In this document: positions 42,583 to 52,745 of the stretch, in pieces
How positions within the stretch are numbered: the first letter of the stretch is position 1
How the letters are laid out: each line of letters opens with the position of its first letter
Notes under the pieces: generated by a model
Told to the model about the DNA's origin: nothing
What the model saw: only the letters and a program-made list of their open reading frames with translations
The model's database searches: none
From: an uncultured bacterium
GTDB taxonomy: Bacteria; Verrucomicrobiota; Verrucomicrobiia; Limisphaerales; UBA8199
Direction of reading: 5' to 3'
Assembly: GCA_963749495.1 (NCBI GenBank)
Contig: CAVVMW010000001.1
Coordinates: 320,001 to 384,000, forward strand
DNA length: 64,000 nt
Made by a program: the position numbers and the translations under genes

Positions 42583-44712
42583 ATGAAGTCCCCTCCATTC
42601 CTCCTGGGCGCGGCGCTTCTGTTCTGGGGCTGGTCGACGGGCTTTTTGGCCATGGGGGTGCTGATGGCGGCAGTGCTCGAGGGGGCGCGCTGGGTTGGGG
42701 CGCGCTGGGAAGTGACGGAGCGGGATTTCGATCGCATCTGGGCCTTCTGCTCGGTGCTCCTGCTGGCAGCGGCGGTGTATGCCTTCAACGCCAACGACGG
42801 TGTGGCGGAGTTTCGGGGTTTTCTTCGGAACCCGAATCTGTTCGGCCGGCAGAACACGGGGATGGCCAGTTCGCGGACGGTGGCGTCGGTGATGCGGTGG
42901 CTGCCGATGATCTATTTCCTGCTGGCCGGGGCGCAGGCCTACGGCTCCCGCCAGGGAGTGCCGCTGGAGAGCGTCTCGTTCATCGCGCGCCGACGGGCGA
43001 GAACGGCCAGGAAGCTGGGGCTGCCCCCGTCGCCGCCGCGTCTGGTGGACCTGACCTACCCTTACTTCGGCCTGTGCCTCCTGGGGGCCAGCTATCATGT
43101 GAGCGAGGACACGACTTTCTTCTGGGGCATGGCGGTTCTGCTGGCCTGGGCGCTCTGGCCGAGGCGATCGCAGCGGTTCGGGATGGCGGCCTGGGTTGCC
43201 GCGCTCGCGGCCGCCATCACGCTGGGGTATTGGGGGCAGCATGGCCTGGGCAACCTGCAGCGCTACGTCCTGAGTCTGAACCCGGGCTGGTTCTTCAGGC
43301 CCGGCCGCCATGGATTCGATCCGACCCAGAGCCGGACGGAACTGGGCCAGGTGGGCCGGTCCAAGAAGTCCGGGAGGATCGTCATCCGCCTGGAACCCAA
43401 GGAGGGCCGCGTTGCTCCGGGGCTGCTGCGGGCCGCCAGCTACAACGGTTTCAGGGCGTCGGTTTGGCACGCGGAGGCCACCGAAGATCAGTTCGACGAG
43501 GTGCGGGCCGAGAACAACGGCATCGATCAAAACAGCTATGTGCTGCTGCGCGGCAAGGTCAACCTGGCCCGCGTGAGCATCGCCTGTTACGTGCCGGGCG
43601 GCAAGGGGTTGCTCCCCCTGCCCACCGGCGCCGCCCGGCTCGAAAACCTCGTCGCCTTTCTCTTCCGAACCAACAGGCTGGGCGCGGCGCTCGAGGAAGG
43701 GCCTGGCCTGGTCATCTTCGATGCCTGGTACGGGCCGGGACGGACTTTCGATTCCCCCGCCGGCGTCAATGACCTTCGCCAGGCCCCGGACCGGGAAGCG
43801 GCCGCCCTCGATGAGGTCATTTCCGAACTCAATCTCCAGGGCAAGGGCCTGGGCGAGGTCCTGCCCGCCCTGCAGACCTTCTTCCAGGACAAGTTCGCCT
43901 ACGGCTACTGGGACCAGCACGACCGCATCACCGGCACCAACCAAACGCCTTTGAGCCGTTTCCTGTTGCACACCCGCCGCGGCCATTGCGAATACTTCGC
44001 CACCGCCACCGTCCTGCTCCTGCGCCGGCTCAATTTCCCCACCCGCTACGCCGTTGGCTATGCCGTCCACGAACCCGCCGCGCGCGGCTATGTCGTGCGT
44101 GAGCGCGACGCTCACGCCTGGTGCCTGGTCTGGCGCGATGGGACCTGGCAGGACTTCGACACCACGCCCCTATCCTGGATCCAGGCCGAGGAACAGCGCG
44201 CCTCCCCCTTGCAGTTCCTCTCGGACATCTGGTCCCGCGTCTGGTTCGAGTTCTCGAAGTTCTTCTGGGGCCAGGGCAATCTGCGCCGCTACATCTTCTG
44301 GTCCTTGTTCCCCGTGCTGGGCGTGCTGCTCATTCAGATTGTCTTGCGCCTGAGCCGCCAGCGCCGCCGCCTCCGCCGCGAAGAACCTGAGCCGGTCGCC
44401 TGGCCCGGCCTGGACTCCGAACTCTATCAACTGGAACGAGTCTTCGCCCGGCGCGGGCTGGCGCGCCACTCCAGCGAGCCGCTTTCCCACTGGCTGGGCC
44501 GCGCTGCCGCCGATCCCGCCCTGGCTGACGCGCGCGGCCCCCTGCAAGACCTCCTCCGCCTGCATTACCGCTATCGCTTCGACCCCCTGGGCCTCAGCCC
44601 CTCCGAACGCGAGGCCCTCCGCCTCGAGGCGCGAGCGTGCCTGGCCAGGCTCGGCCGCGCAAACGGACCTGCCGGGCGCATAACGACTGTACCACCGGAG
44701 CGCGGACTTTAG
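42583..44712 (+). CDS. Membrane transglutaminase-like protein (TgpA-like)
   Basis: Multiple TMs, then catalytic GHCEYFA, HAW, DTTP. Canonical MoxR-DUF58-TGase gene order. Confidence 0.88.
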   Translation: MKSPPFLLGAALLFWGWSTGFLAMGVLMAAVLEGARWVGARWEVTERDFDRIWAFCSVLLLAAAVYAFNANDGVAEFRGFLRNPNLFGRQNTGMASSRTVASVMRWLPMIYFLLAGAQAYGSRQGVPLESVSFIARRRARTARKLGLPPSPPRLVDLTYPYFGLCLLGASYHVSEDTTFFWGMAVLLAWALWPRRSQRFGMAAWVAALAAAITLGYWGQHGLGNLQRYVLSLNPGWFFRPGRHGFDPTQSRTELGQVGRSKKSGRIVIRLEPKEGRVAPGLLRAASYNGFRASVWHAEATEDQFDEVRAENNGIDQNSYVLLRGKVNLARVSIACYVPGGKGLLPLPTGAARLENLVAFLFRTNRLGAALEEGPGLVIFDAWYGPGRTFDSPAGVNDLRQAPDREAAALDEVISELNLQGKGLGEVLPALQTFFQDKFAYGYWDQHDRITGTNQTPLSRFLLHTRRGHCEYFATATVLLLRRLNFPTRYAVGYAVHEPAARGYVVRERDAHAWCLVWRDGTWQDFDTTPLSWIQAEEQRASPLQFLSDIWSRVWFEFSKFFWGQGNLRRYIFWSLFPVLGVLLIQIVLRLSRQRRRLRREEPEPVAWPGLDSELYQLERVFARRGLARHSSEPLSHWLGRAAADPALADARGPLQDLLRLHYRYRFDPLGLSPSEREALRLEARACLARLGRANGPAGRITTVPPERGL

Positions 44713-44853
44713 TCCGATTGGGCCACGGGCGTCGAAGCCTCTGGCCGCGTGGGTCAATCCGAAGGTGGAATACCACGACTTGCGTCTCCAGTTCGCTGGC
44801 TGAAACCCGATCCAGCTCAGGAACGCATGCAGCCATGCAACCACCGCCGAACT

Positions 44854-47800
44854 CTAGCCCCCGCCATTCCTGAGGGCGTGGCCGACAGTCTGATCGGCGG
44901 TCGACAACGCCCTGCCTTGGTTGCGGTCATACACATCGATGAGCAGGCCAATCGCGTCCCGCATTTCCGGATGTTGCCTCTCCAGAATGGCGGCATCTCG
45001 GTTGTTTCGCAGATATTCCATGGCCAACAAATGCGGCTTGCAGTACCGTCGGGCATCCTCAAGTCTGGCAAACAGGAAATCCAACATTCTGCTAACTTTA
45101 TCGAGGTCCCCAAACTCAAAGGCCGACCGGAGGACTGAGTGGACGATTCTCCATTTGGTTCCTGTGGACCTCTCGCGCCAATCGCGCAACAGAGCCTCGA
45201 GGACCTGGTCCATTTCAGCGACTGGTCTGGCCATTGAGATAAGCCCTAAGGCAGCCGCAACGGTGACGCGAACGACCGCATCCTTATCCCGCAGCGCTTC
45301 GACAAGAGGCGGTACCGCCTCCGGCAAGCCCATCCTTCCCAGCGCCTTCGCCGCGCTGCCCCGGACATTGGGCGCCATATCTCTCATGGCCTCAAGCAAC
45401 TGCGGAACTCCTTGGAGTGAACCAATCCGGCCCAGTGCCGTCGCTGCGCTGCCCCGGACAATGGGATCCTCGTCCCGCAGAGCTTCGAGCAACTGGCGGA
45501 GGGATTCCGCTGAACCAATCCTCCCCAGTGCCGTCGCTGCGCTGCCCCGGACACCCGGATACTGGTCCCGCAGGGCTTCGATTAACTGCGGGACCGCCGC
45601 CGCTGAACCAATCCTCCCCAACGCTGTCGCTGCGTTGGCACGAGCAATCGGATCTTGATCCCGCAAGGCTTCGAGCAATTGGGGGACCGCTGCTGCTGAA
45701 CCCATCTTCCCCAGTGCCGTCGCTGCGCTAGCACGGGCGATCGGATCTTGATCCTGCAAGGCTTCGAGTAGCTGAGGGACCGCTGCGGCTGAACCGATCC
45801 TCCCGAGCGCCGTCACTGTCCTACCGCGAACCATCCGTTCCGGATCCCGCAGGGCTTCGAGTAGCCGTGGAACTGCTGCGGCTGAACCGATCCTCCCGAG
45901 CGCCGTTGCCACCCCGGCACGAACCCTCGGATCCTCATCCCCCAAGCCATCGAGTAGTCCCGGCACCGCTGCTCCTGAACCGGTCCTCCCTAGGGCTTTC
46001 GCTACAGCACCACGGACGAACGGGTCTTGATCCCGGAGCCCTTCGAGCAACTTCCGTACTGCTTCCGGTGAAGCAGTCCTCCCTAGGGCTTTCACCGCGC
46101 TGCCACGAACAATCGAATCCTGATCCCGCAGGGCGTCGAGTAGCTGCGGGACGGATTCCGCTGAACCGATCCTCCCAAGTGCCGTGGCAGCGCTGCCCCG
46201 GACATTCGGATCCTGGTTCCGCAGGGCTTCGAGTAGCTGCTGGACGGATTCTGCTGAACCGATCCTCCCCAGTGCGGTCGCCGCGCTGGCACGAGTAATC
46301 CGATCCTGATCTCGCAAGGCCTCGAGTAACTGCGGGACCGCTTCTGCTGAACCGATCCTCCCCAGCGCGGTGGCTGCACTGCCGCGGACAACGGCATGCT
46401 GATCCCGCAGGGCTTCGAGGAGCTGCGGGACGGATTCCGCTGAACCGATCCTCCCCAGTGCCGTGGCGGCGCTACCCCGGACATCCGGCGCCTCATCGCG
46501 TAAGGCTTCGAGCAGATGGGGAACTGCCTCGGTTGAGCCAAGCTCTCCCAGCGCCGTGGCTGCGCTTCCTCGAACGTGTGAGGCTTCGTGCCGGAGCCCC
46601 TTCACTAGGACGCGGAACGCTCGGGACCAGCCCGGCTTCATCGGCAGATCGGGTGGCAAGAAGGGTTGCCAATCTACATCCCAAGCTTGGCCTGGCTTCG
46701 TCTGGCCCTCCGAGGCTGCTCTTCTTGCCTGAGCGGCCTCGAATAATTCCTGCGGATAATGCTTAGCTTTGTGGATGAGCAAATCGAGCTTGCGAGATGA
46801 CTTCTCGTCTAAATCGGAGATCTCGACCAAATACTCCAAAAGCTCTGTTGAGTTGTGCGCCCTCTCTCGATCATGTCCGGATATGCCCTTCTCGAATTCA
46901 CGGGTCAGATCTTCCCAGGCATGGTCCCGCTCCCCTTTTGTCGCATACCAGTGCGTGAAAAATTCCAGGAGGTATTGCACCCGTCCCTTGGCCTCCCGGG
47001 AATGGTTCATTTGGTGCCAGATGCGGAATAGACGCTCTGGGATCATGTAGGTCGTTTGTTTTTTCTGACGGGTTCCCCGGCGCACGTAGCCCGCGCCTTC
47101 CAGTCGGGCCAACTGAGCGCGCAAGGTGGCGGGTTCCAGGCGAGCGTGCCGCGCGAGTTCGGTCGGGGTGCACCCTTCCGGCAAGAGCGCCATCGCTTCC
47201 AATACCTTGCCGGCCTGCTCGCCCACGTCTTTCATTCGGCTCTGGTAGAAAGGGGTGATTTGATCCAGCAGGAGCGACAGTTCAGTCTGAACCCCGCTGA
47301 TGTCGTGATCGCCCACCAATTCGTAGAGCATTACCGAAAGCCGGGGATTACCTCCGGTGAAGTGATACAGCGCGCGCAGGCGGGATTGATATTGGTCCAG
47401 ATACCGGGCGAACACTTCGTTGCCGCGCCATGCGGCCAGCTTGTGGAACATCTCCCGCTGCTCCTCCTGGCTGAGTTCGCCCAACGGTTTAACGTGAAAG
47501 AACTCAAAGAGAGGTTGATCGGGATCAGCCACCGCGTTCAAGTAGGTGGGTGATGAACAGAGGAGGGTAAGCCACTCCTCCTCCAGAAGAATTTTTCGCA
47601 GCAGGTGGATTTCCGACTTCTGCCTTATCTGCCCCTCCAGCAACCGGTCCAGGTTCTCTATTATCAACACAATGCCTTTGTTGCTCGTTCGGTGATACTG
47701 GCGCAAGGCATCCAATGCACGGTCTATGACGCGGGCTCCATCATCCTCAAACTCGATGTCGCGCAGTACCTGTTCGATCAACGCGTCCTCGGTTTCGGCG

Positions 47801-48117
47801 TGCAGGAACCGGAGCACCTCGATGACCAGATCAGCGACCCCGGTGACGCGGTAGGTTTCCTCGGGTAAGAGGATGGGCTGCCACTTGACCGAGAGCGCGG
47901 CATCATGCAGAATCCGATGCCGGATCACGCAAAGCAGATGTGTCTTGCCGATGCCTCGCGGGCCGATGAACAGGTAGTGCTGGCGCGTTGAACCCGGGTC
48001 CCATCTCCCCAGCCGCCGAAGCACTTCCCCGAGCAGAGGTTCGCGCCCGACGAGCACAGCCTCCAGGTCTTGCGGGCGCGATTGGTGCGGGCGGAAACAA
48101 TGGAGGGCGCCGGTCAT
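44854..48117 (-). CDS. STAND-like P-loop ATPase + winged helix + 15 HEAT (PBS-lyase type) repeats
   Basis: GPRGIGKT Walker A, IIENLD Walker B, TGGNPR motif, HTH-like TPTELARHARL..LARLEGAGYV, then 31-aa repeats. Confidence 0.85.
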   Translation of the reverse strand: MTGALHCFRPHQSRPQDLEAVLVGREPLLGEVLRRLGRWDPGSTRQHYLFIGPRGIGKTHLLCVIRHRILHDAALSVKWQPILLPEETYRVTGVADLVIEVLRFLHAETEDALIEQVLRDIEFEDDGARVIDRALDALRQYHRTSNKGIVLIIENLDRLLEGQIRQKSEIHLLRKILLEEEWLTLLCSSPTYLNAVADPDQPLFEFFHVKPLGELSQEEQREMFHKLAAWRGNEVFARYLDQYQSRLRALYHFTGGNPRLSVMLYELVGDHDISGVQTELSLLLDQITPFYQSRMKDVGEQAGKVLEAMALLPEGCTPTELARHARLEPATLRAQLARLEGAGYVRRGTRQKKQTTYMIPERLFRIWHQMNHSREAKGRVQYLLEFFTHWYATKGERDHAWEDLTREFEKGISGHDRERAHNSTELLEYLVEISDLDEKSSRKLDLLIHKAKHYPQELFEAAQARRAASEGQTKPGQAWDVDWQPFLPPDLPMKPGWSRAFRVLVKGLRHEASHVRGSAATALGELGSTEAVPHLLEALRDEAPDVRGSAATALGRIGSAESVPQLLEALRDQHAVVRGSAATALGRIGSAEAVPQLLEALRDQDRITRASAATALGRIGSAESVQQLLEALRNQDPNVRGSAATALGRIGSAESVPQLLDALRDQDSIVRGSAVKALGRTASPEAVRKLLEGLRDQDPFVRGAVAKALGRTGSGAAVPGLLDGLGDEDPRVRAGVATALGRIGSAAAVPRLLEALRDPERMVRGRTVTALGRIGSAAAVPQLLEALQDQDPIARASAATALGKMGSAAAVPQLLEALRDQDPIARANAATALGRIGSAAAVPQLIEALRDQYPGVRGSAATALGRIGSAESLRQLLEALRDEDPIVRGSAATALGRIGSLQGVPQLLEAMRDMAPNVRGSAAKALGRMGLPEAVPPLVEALRDKDAVVRVTVAAALGLISMARPVAEMDQVLEALLRDWRERSTGTKWRIVHSVLRSAFEFGDLDKVSRMLDFLFARLEDARRYCKPHLLAMEYLRNNRDAAILERQHPEMRDAIGLLIDVYDRNQGRALSTADQTVGHALRNGGG
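45240..46615 (-). repeat. 93-bp tandem coding repeats (15 HEAT units, consensus AVPQLLEALRDxxxxVRGSAATALGRIGSA)
   Basis: Counted from the translation; also visible at DNA level (GCTGAACCGATCCTCCC recurring every 93 bp). Confidence 0.9.
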
Positions 48118-48120
48118 AGC

Positions 48121-49333
48121 TCACTCACGTTGAAAGCCGTAATGCGTGCGCCACCAGAGTTGGAGAACCCGGCTGTGGAAACCGCAACGACCTCTTTGGT
48201 TGACGATGTAAAAATCGTTATCGAGCTTGTTGATCAAGCGGCTGAAATCTTCCTCTGAAGCGGGGCCATGCGGAAGGTTTGTGGCCTTGAGGAAGGTTTG
48301 ATAAACCACGTCGATGCGAACAGGTCGATTGCTCCGAGACAGGACACCGAGGATGGCCTTGGCGGCTTGGCCTTGGGGACCTGGATAGTACTGGCCAATC
48401 CGGCTGCGATAATGTGAAAACACGGCGGATGTCGCCCCGCCCAGGAGGTCCTGTTCAAACGCGGCTCGGACCAAGTCAACTGTTAATTCCGACTGTGTGG
48501 CCCGGCGGCGGTCGAGAATCGCACTCAGGAAAACCGCCAAGAGGTAAGGAATTGGCATGCCAACCAGCTCAAGAATGGCCTCACGGACCTGCCTCGGGAG
48601 TTGAACCGCGTGGCTTGCGAAGATCTCATCCACGAAGGCCCCCGCGGTTTCAGGGGAAAAGGGCTTCAGACGTTCCAAGTGCAGGTCATTCACTGTATCT
48701 ACCAACCCGTGGGCGTCGAGCGTTGCTACAAGATTGATCGAACTGCTGATGACGAAACGTGTTTGGGTGTCGGGCGCGATTCTTGCCGCGCGGAACCAGC
48801 GGAGGAACTGTTTGGCCTCGTTGGCGTCCCGATCGAGGATGCTTTCGACCATAATCGCCAGTTCGTCGATCAGCAACAGCACCCGGTGGTCGCTCTTGGC
48901 CAGGATGGCCATCAGCCGGTCACCTGTACGTTGTCCAATGCCGCGGAATGTCCGTATGCTCGCGCAGCTTTATCTTGAGCGAACCGACCTCGATTTCCTC
49001 CGGGAGTTTTCGGAAGAACCCACCGATTTCTTTGGTTTCCTTGCGCAGGAATTCCAGTACCCGCCCGAACCTTCGGTCACGCAGGAGTGCGGCGAGCAGT
49101 TCCACCATGAAGTCAGCAGCCGAGAGCACCGGCTCAACATTGATATAAACGGGGTTAAAGCCGGGGCGGGGATCGTCCAAAAGCCGATACATGGCACTGG
49201 TTTTTCCAAACCGACGCGGTGCAACCAGCAGGACATTCGTTTTCTGGACCCTGCCCCACAGCGATTCAACCAGCGCCTGTTGCCCGAAATAGTCGGCGCC
49301 TCGAGCAGCGCTTCCAACAACCAAGTCCGTCAT
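48121..49333 (-). CDS. STAND/archaeal-ATPase-like ATP-binding protein; split by one extra base near 48925
   Basis: Walker A APRRFGKT in ORF 48920..49333; Walker B LLLIDEL and GMPIPY in ORF 48121..48912. Removing one base gives a 403-aa frame. Confidence 0.8.
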
Positions 49334-49362
49334 AACGAAGGCACCCTACAACCGCGGAATCT

Positions 49363-49388
49363 GTTACGCAACAGTTTTGTTGCGTAAC
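49363..49388. promoter_or_regulatory. Operator-like inverted repeat GTTACGCAACA-N4-TGTTGCGTAAC
   Basis: Perfect 11-bp arms, 30 bp upstream of the ATPase start. Confidence 0.6.
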
Positions 49389-49835
49389 CGAATGGTTACA
49401 CATTGAGGGCTCTGCTGCAGCAAAACCGCAAATAGCCCCCTGCCGAGTGACAGGAGCCTTCACGTCGCCAAGGCGATCAAGTCCGGCCCATCCTCTTTTA
49501 CCGGAGCGCGGGGATCGTGTGCCTGGCCTTTGTGGTCCGCTGACGGCCGCCTGGCTGGCGGAGGCCCTTCGCCGGGGCGTCCGTTGGCCTTGGCCCGCCT
49601 GGTAGTCCCGGCGGCCTGCTCTTGCCGCTGGGGCGGAATGCCCTGGACCAGGCGGCGGTGGCGGGCGGGCGCCGTAAGCGGACTAAAGAGGCTGCGCTCC
49701 GATCCCCTGGCATTCGGGCGCGATAGCACAGGCGATGCGCCAAGACCCGTCTGACTCGCCTGGATTTCCTTTGCGCGCTCGGGCGCGTCCGGCTACGCTG
49801 TCCGGCGGACAAACAAACAAGCGAAAGGATTTGGC

Positions 49836-51632
49836 ATGTGGCGAGTGCAACTGATCGCGGCCGCCCTCCTGGCGGCGGCTGGAGTTGGAGCGGCGCAGGA
49901 CACCGGTTCGGCTTCGAGTGTGGCGGCGGTCCGCCAGGCCGCCGGGGCCTGGCGCGCCGAACACCGCATCATCGACCTCCATCAGCACATCGATTGCACG
50001 ACCCAGCACCTGGCTCGCGCCATAAAGATCATGGACGCCGCAGGGGTGGGCCTGGCCGTCAACCTCAGCGGCGGCACGGTCACGCGGCCCAAGGACGGCG
50101 GGCCGAGCGAGTTCGAGCGCAACAAGAAGCTGGCCGACTCGCTCTACCCGGGGCGTTTCCTGTTTTACATGAACCTGGATTACCAGAATTGGGACCAGCC
50201 TGACTTCGCCCAGCAGGCGGTCAAACAGGTCGAAGATGCCTGTCGGCTCGGGGCCGCCGGGTGGAAGGAGTTCAAGCGTCTGGGGCTCTACGTGCGGGAC
50301 GGCGCCGGCAATCTGATCAAGGTGGATGACCCGAAGCTCGACCCCATGTGGAAGCGCCTGGGCGAGCTGGGCATGCCGGTCTCCATCCACGTGGCCGATC
50401 CCAAGGCCTTCTGGCTGCCCTACAACGAAACGAACGAGCGATGGAAGGAACTCAAGGACCACAAGAACTGGTGGTTCGGCGACACCAACAAATTCCCGCC
50501 CTGGAAAGAACTCCTGGAGTCGCTCAATCGCGTCATCGCCCGCCACCCGGAAACCACGTTCGTCTGCGTCCACTTCGCCAACAATTCCGAAGAACTCGAT
50601 TGGGTGGACGCGTCGCTGGCCCGCTACCCGAACATGATGGCAGACCTGGCCGCCCGCATCCCCGAGATCGGACGGCATGACCCGCAGCAGGTCCACCGCC
50701 TCTTCGTCAAGCACCAGGACCGGATCCTCTTCGGCACCGATTTCCAGGTCGTCTTCGACAACCTCAAGCTCATCCTGGGCTCCAGCGGCAGCGAACCCCT
50801 GCCCGCCGATGCCGATGCCGAGGTGTTCTTCGCCAAGGAATGGCGCTGGCTGGAGACCTGGGACAAAAACTGGCCGCACATGACACCCATCCAGGGCGAT
50901 TGGACCATCAGCTCCATCGGCCTGCCCGCAGCCGTGCTGCGGAAGATCTATTTCGACAATGCCCGCAAGCTCCTCGCCCGTTCCCTGCCCTTGCCCGTCG
51001 TCAAGGCCCGCCACACCACACGCGACTTCGAGCCCGACGGCGACCTGGCCAAGGCCATCTGGCAGACCGCCGCCCCGGCCCGCCTCGAGTGCGTCTGCCG
51101 CGACGGCAGCGTCCGCCCCGAGCTCTCGACCTCCGTGCGCATCCTTTGGTCAGCAGACTTCCTCTACCTGGGCTATGAGTGCCCCTGCGCCAAGCTCACC
51201 GTCTTCGACCCGCCGCAGTTCGACCGCAAGCGCTTCTCCCTGGTCCAGGACCGCGTCAGCCTCTGGGACCGCGATGTCGTCGAGGCCTTCATCGGGACCG
51301 ACCCGGACCAGCCCCGGCATTATGGCGAGTTCGAGGTGGCGCCCACCAACGAACGCCTCGACCTCATGGTGAGCCTGCCCGACAAGGACTTCCAGTGGGA
51401 GAGCCATTTCAGCTCCGCCACGCGCGTCAACCTCAAGGCCGGCCTCTGGACCTGTGAGATGCGCATCCCGCTCAGGGCCTTGTGCGCCTCCCCGCCTCAC
51501 GCCGGCTCCCGTTGGCGGCTCAATCTGTTCCGCGCCGACCGCGCCCACCAGGCCTTTATGGCGTGGAGCCCGACCCTCACCGGCAGCGCCCACACGCCCG
51601 AGCGGTTCGGCACGCTGGAGTTTGTGGAGTAG
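49836..51632 (+). CDS. Secreted amidohydrolase fused to a C-terminal CBM9/DOMON-like domain
   Basis: Signal peptide, IDLHQH, IHVADP, DRILFGTD; C-terminal DVVEAFI..YGEFEVAP..WRLNLFR. Confidence 0.85.
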   Translation: MWRVQLIAAALLAAAGVGAAQDTGSASSVAAVRQAAGAWRAEHRIIDLHQHIDCTTQHLARAIKIMDAAGVGLAVNLSGGTVTRPKDGGPSEFERNKKLADSLYPGRFLFYMNLDYQNWDQPDFAQQAVKQVEDACRLGAAGWKEFKRLGLYVRDGAGNLIKVDDPKLDPMWKRLGELGMPVSIHVADPKAFWLPYNETNERWKELKDHKNWWFGDTNKFPPWKELLESLNRVIARHPETTFVCVHFANNSEELDWVDASLARYPNMMADLAARIPEIGRHDPQQVHRLFVKHQDRILFGTDFQVVFDNLKLILGSSGSEPLPADADAEVFFAKEWRWLETWDKNWPHMTPIQGDWTISSIGLPAAVLRKIYFDNARKLLARSLPLPVVKARHTTRDFEPDGDLAKAIWQTAAPARLECVCRDGSVRPELSTSVRILWSADFLYLGYECPCAKLTVFDPPQFDRKRFSLVQDRVSLWDRDVVEAFIGTDPDQPRHYGEFEVAPTNERLDLMVSLPDKDFQWESHFSSATRVNLKAGLWTCEMRIPLRALCASPPHAGSRWRLNLFRADRAHQAFMAWSPTLTGSAHTPERFGTLEFVE

Positions 51633-51864
51633 CTGCCAAAACCGCGCAACGGAGGGGTAAGCCGTCAGTGAAGCCGGAGGGAGAGTCCCCTGCTGACCCC
51701 TCACCCCGGCCCTCTCCCCTTCCGAAGGGGAGAGGGAGAAGCGCCGGCGGTCTCTTGAACTTCCGCGCGTCTGTGCTTGCTCGATCCGCGACGGGGAACT
51801 CTCCCTCTCCCCATTCGATGGGGAGAGGGCCGGGGTGAGGGGTCCGACGCCTTACCAGGCAAGG

Positions 51865-52212
51865 TCAGCGGTCGGACCGGTCGGACCGGGGCCCGCGTGA
51901 GGGGCTGTCCGGCTTGCGTGCAGGGCCCTGGCGGCGCGGTTTGGATTTGGCATCGGCGGCAATCTGGTTGAGGGTGGCGTGGAAGAGATTGCGTTGTTCC
52001 TCGAGGTTGCGGCGCTGGAGCGCCCGCAGTTCCCGGACCGCCAGGATAATCGCGACACCGGTCAAGCCCAGGCAGCCTGTCCAATAGAGCAGGAAACTCA
52101 AGGCATCAAACCGTTGCGCGAGCACAGTCTGGCCCACCGCCAGCATAGCCAGGGCGGCGCCCAGGGCCAAACCGCCCAACCAGCGGCGGCGGGGTGTAGG
52201 CTCCGGACTCAT
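51865..52212 (-). CDS. Small two-TM membrane protein
   Basis: Two hydrophobic segments; extended -10 (TGNTATGGT) 6 nt upstream of the ATG. Confidence 0.7.
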   Translation of the reverse strand: MSPEPTPRRRWLGGLALGAALAMLAVGQTVLAQRFDALSFLLYWTGCLGLTGVAIILAVRELRALQRRNLEEQRNLFHATLNQIAADAKSKPRRQGPARKPDSPSRGPRSDRSDR

Positions 52213-52350
52213 GGCGCAACCATACCACGGCAGCCGCAGGGTGGGTAGGACAATTGGCGGCTGGGCAGGCGCTCACAAAGGACGAATGACGAATGACGAA
52301 TGACGAATGACGAATGAGCGGTTGGCGCGAAGCCATGATTACTTCGACAA

Positions 52351-52622
52351 TGTTAGATTTCCTCGCAAACAGGCTGAACGAGCCCGAGTCCTGTCCCGGA
52401 GGGACATCCGAGAATAGCCCAACGTTTCAACGTTGGGTTCACCCGCACCGAATGATCATGAGTCCCGAAAGGGACGGCTGAAACCAACCGTCTTTTCAGC
52501 CGTCCCTACGGGACTTTTTCCCCCGTGGCGGCTAAACCCAACGTTGAAACGTTGGGCTATTGTCAAGTGTCCCTCCGGGACAAGGCTGACCACGCTGGCT
52601 GCGCTTCCGAGGAAATCTAACA
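52351..52622. mobile_element. MITE-like element with 15-bp TIR TGTTAGATTTCCTCG enclosing a multi-hairpin REP
   Basis: TIRs at 52351-52365 and 52608-52622. Confidence 0.65.
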
Positions 52623-52745
52623 ATCTAACATTGTCCGACTACTTACTATTTGTCCATTGCAGTCCAATCGAGTAGAATGGGGCATTGCAGGTAACGGGTG
52701 ACTCTCGAGTGCGAGTGCGAATTCCAACTCTAATCAAGGACGACT

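Noticed and set aside
48912..48935. Programmed frameshift or readthrough in the first ATPase
   Set aside because: No slippery sequence, and similar one-base breaks occur throughout the window.
49460..49812. Short ORFs upstream of the ATPase pair as a third system gene
   Set aside because: No recognisable motif in any frame and low-complexity translation; cannot support.
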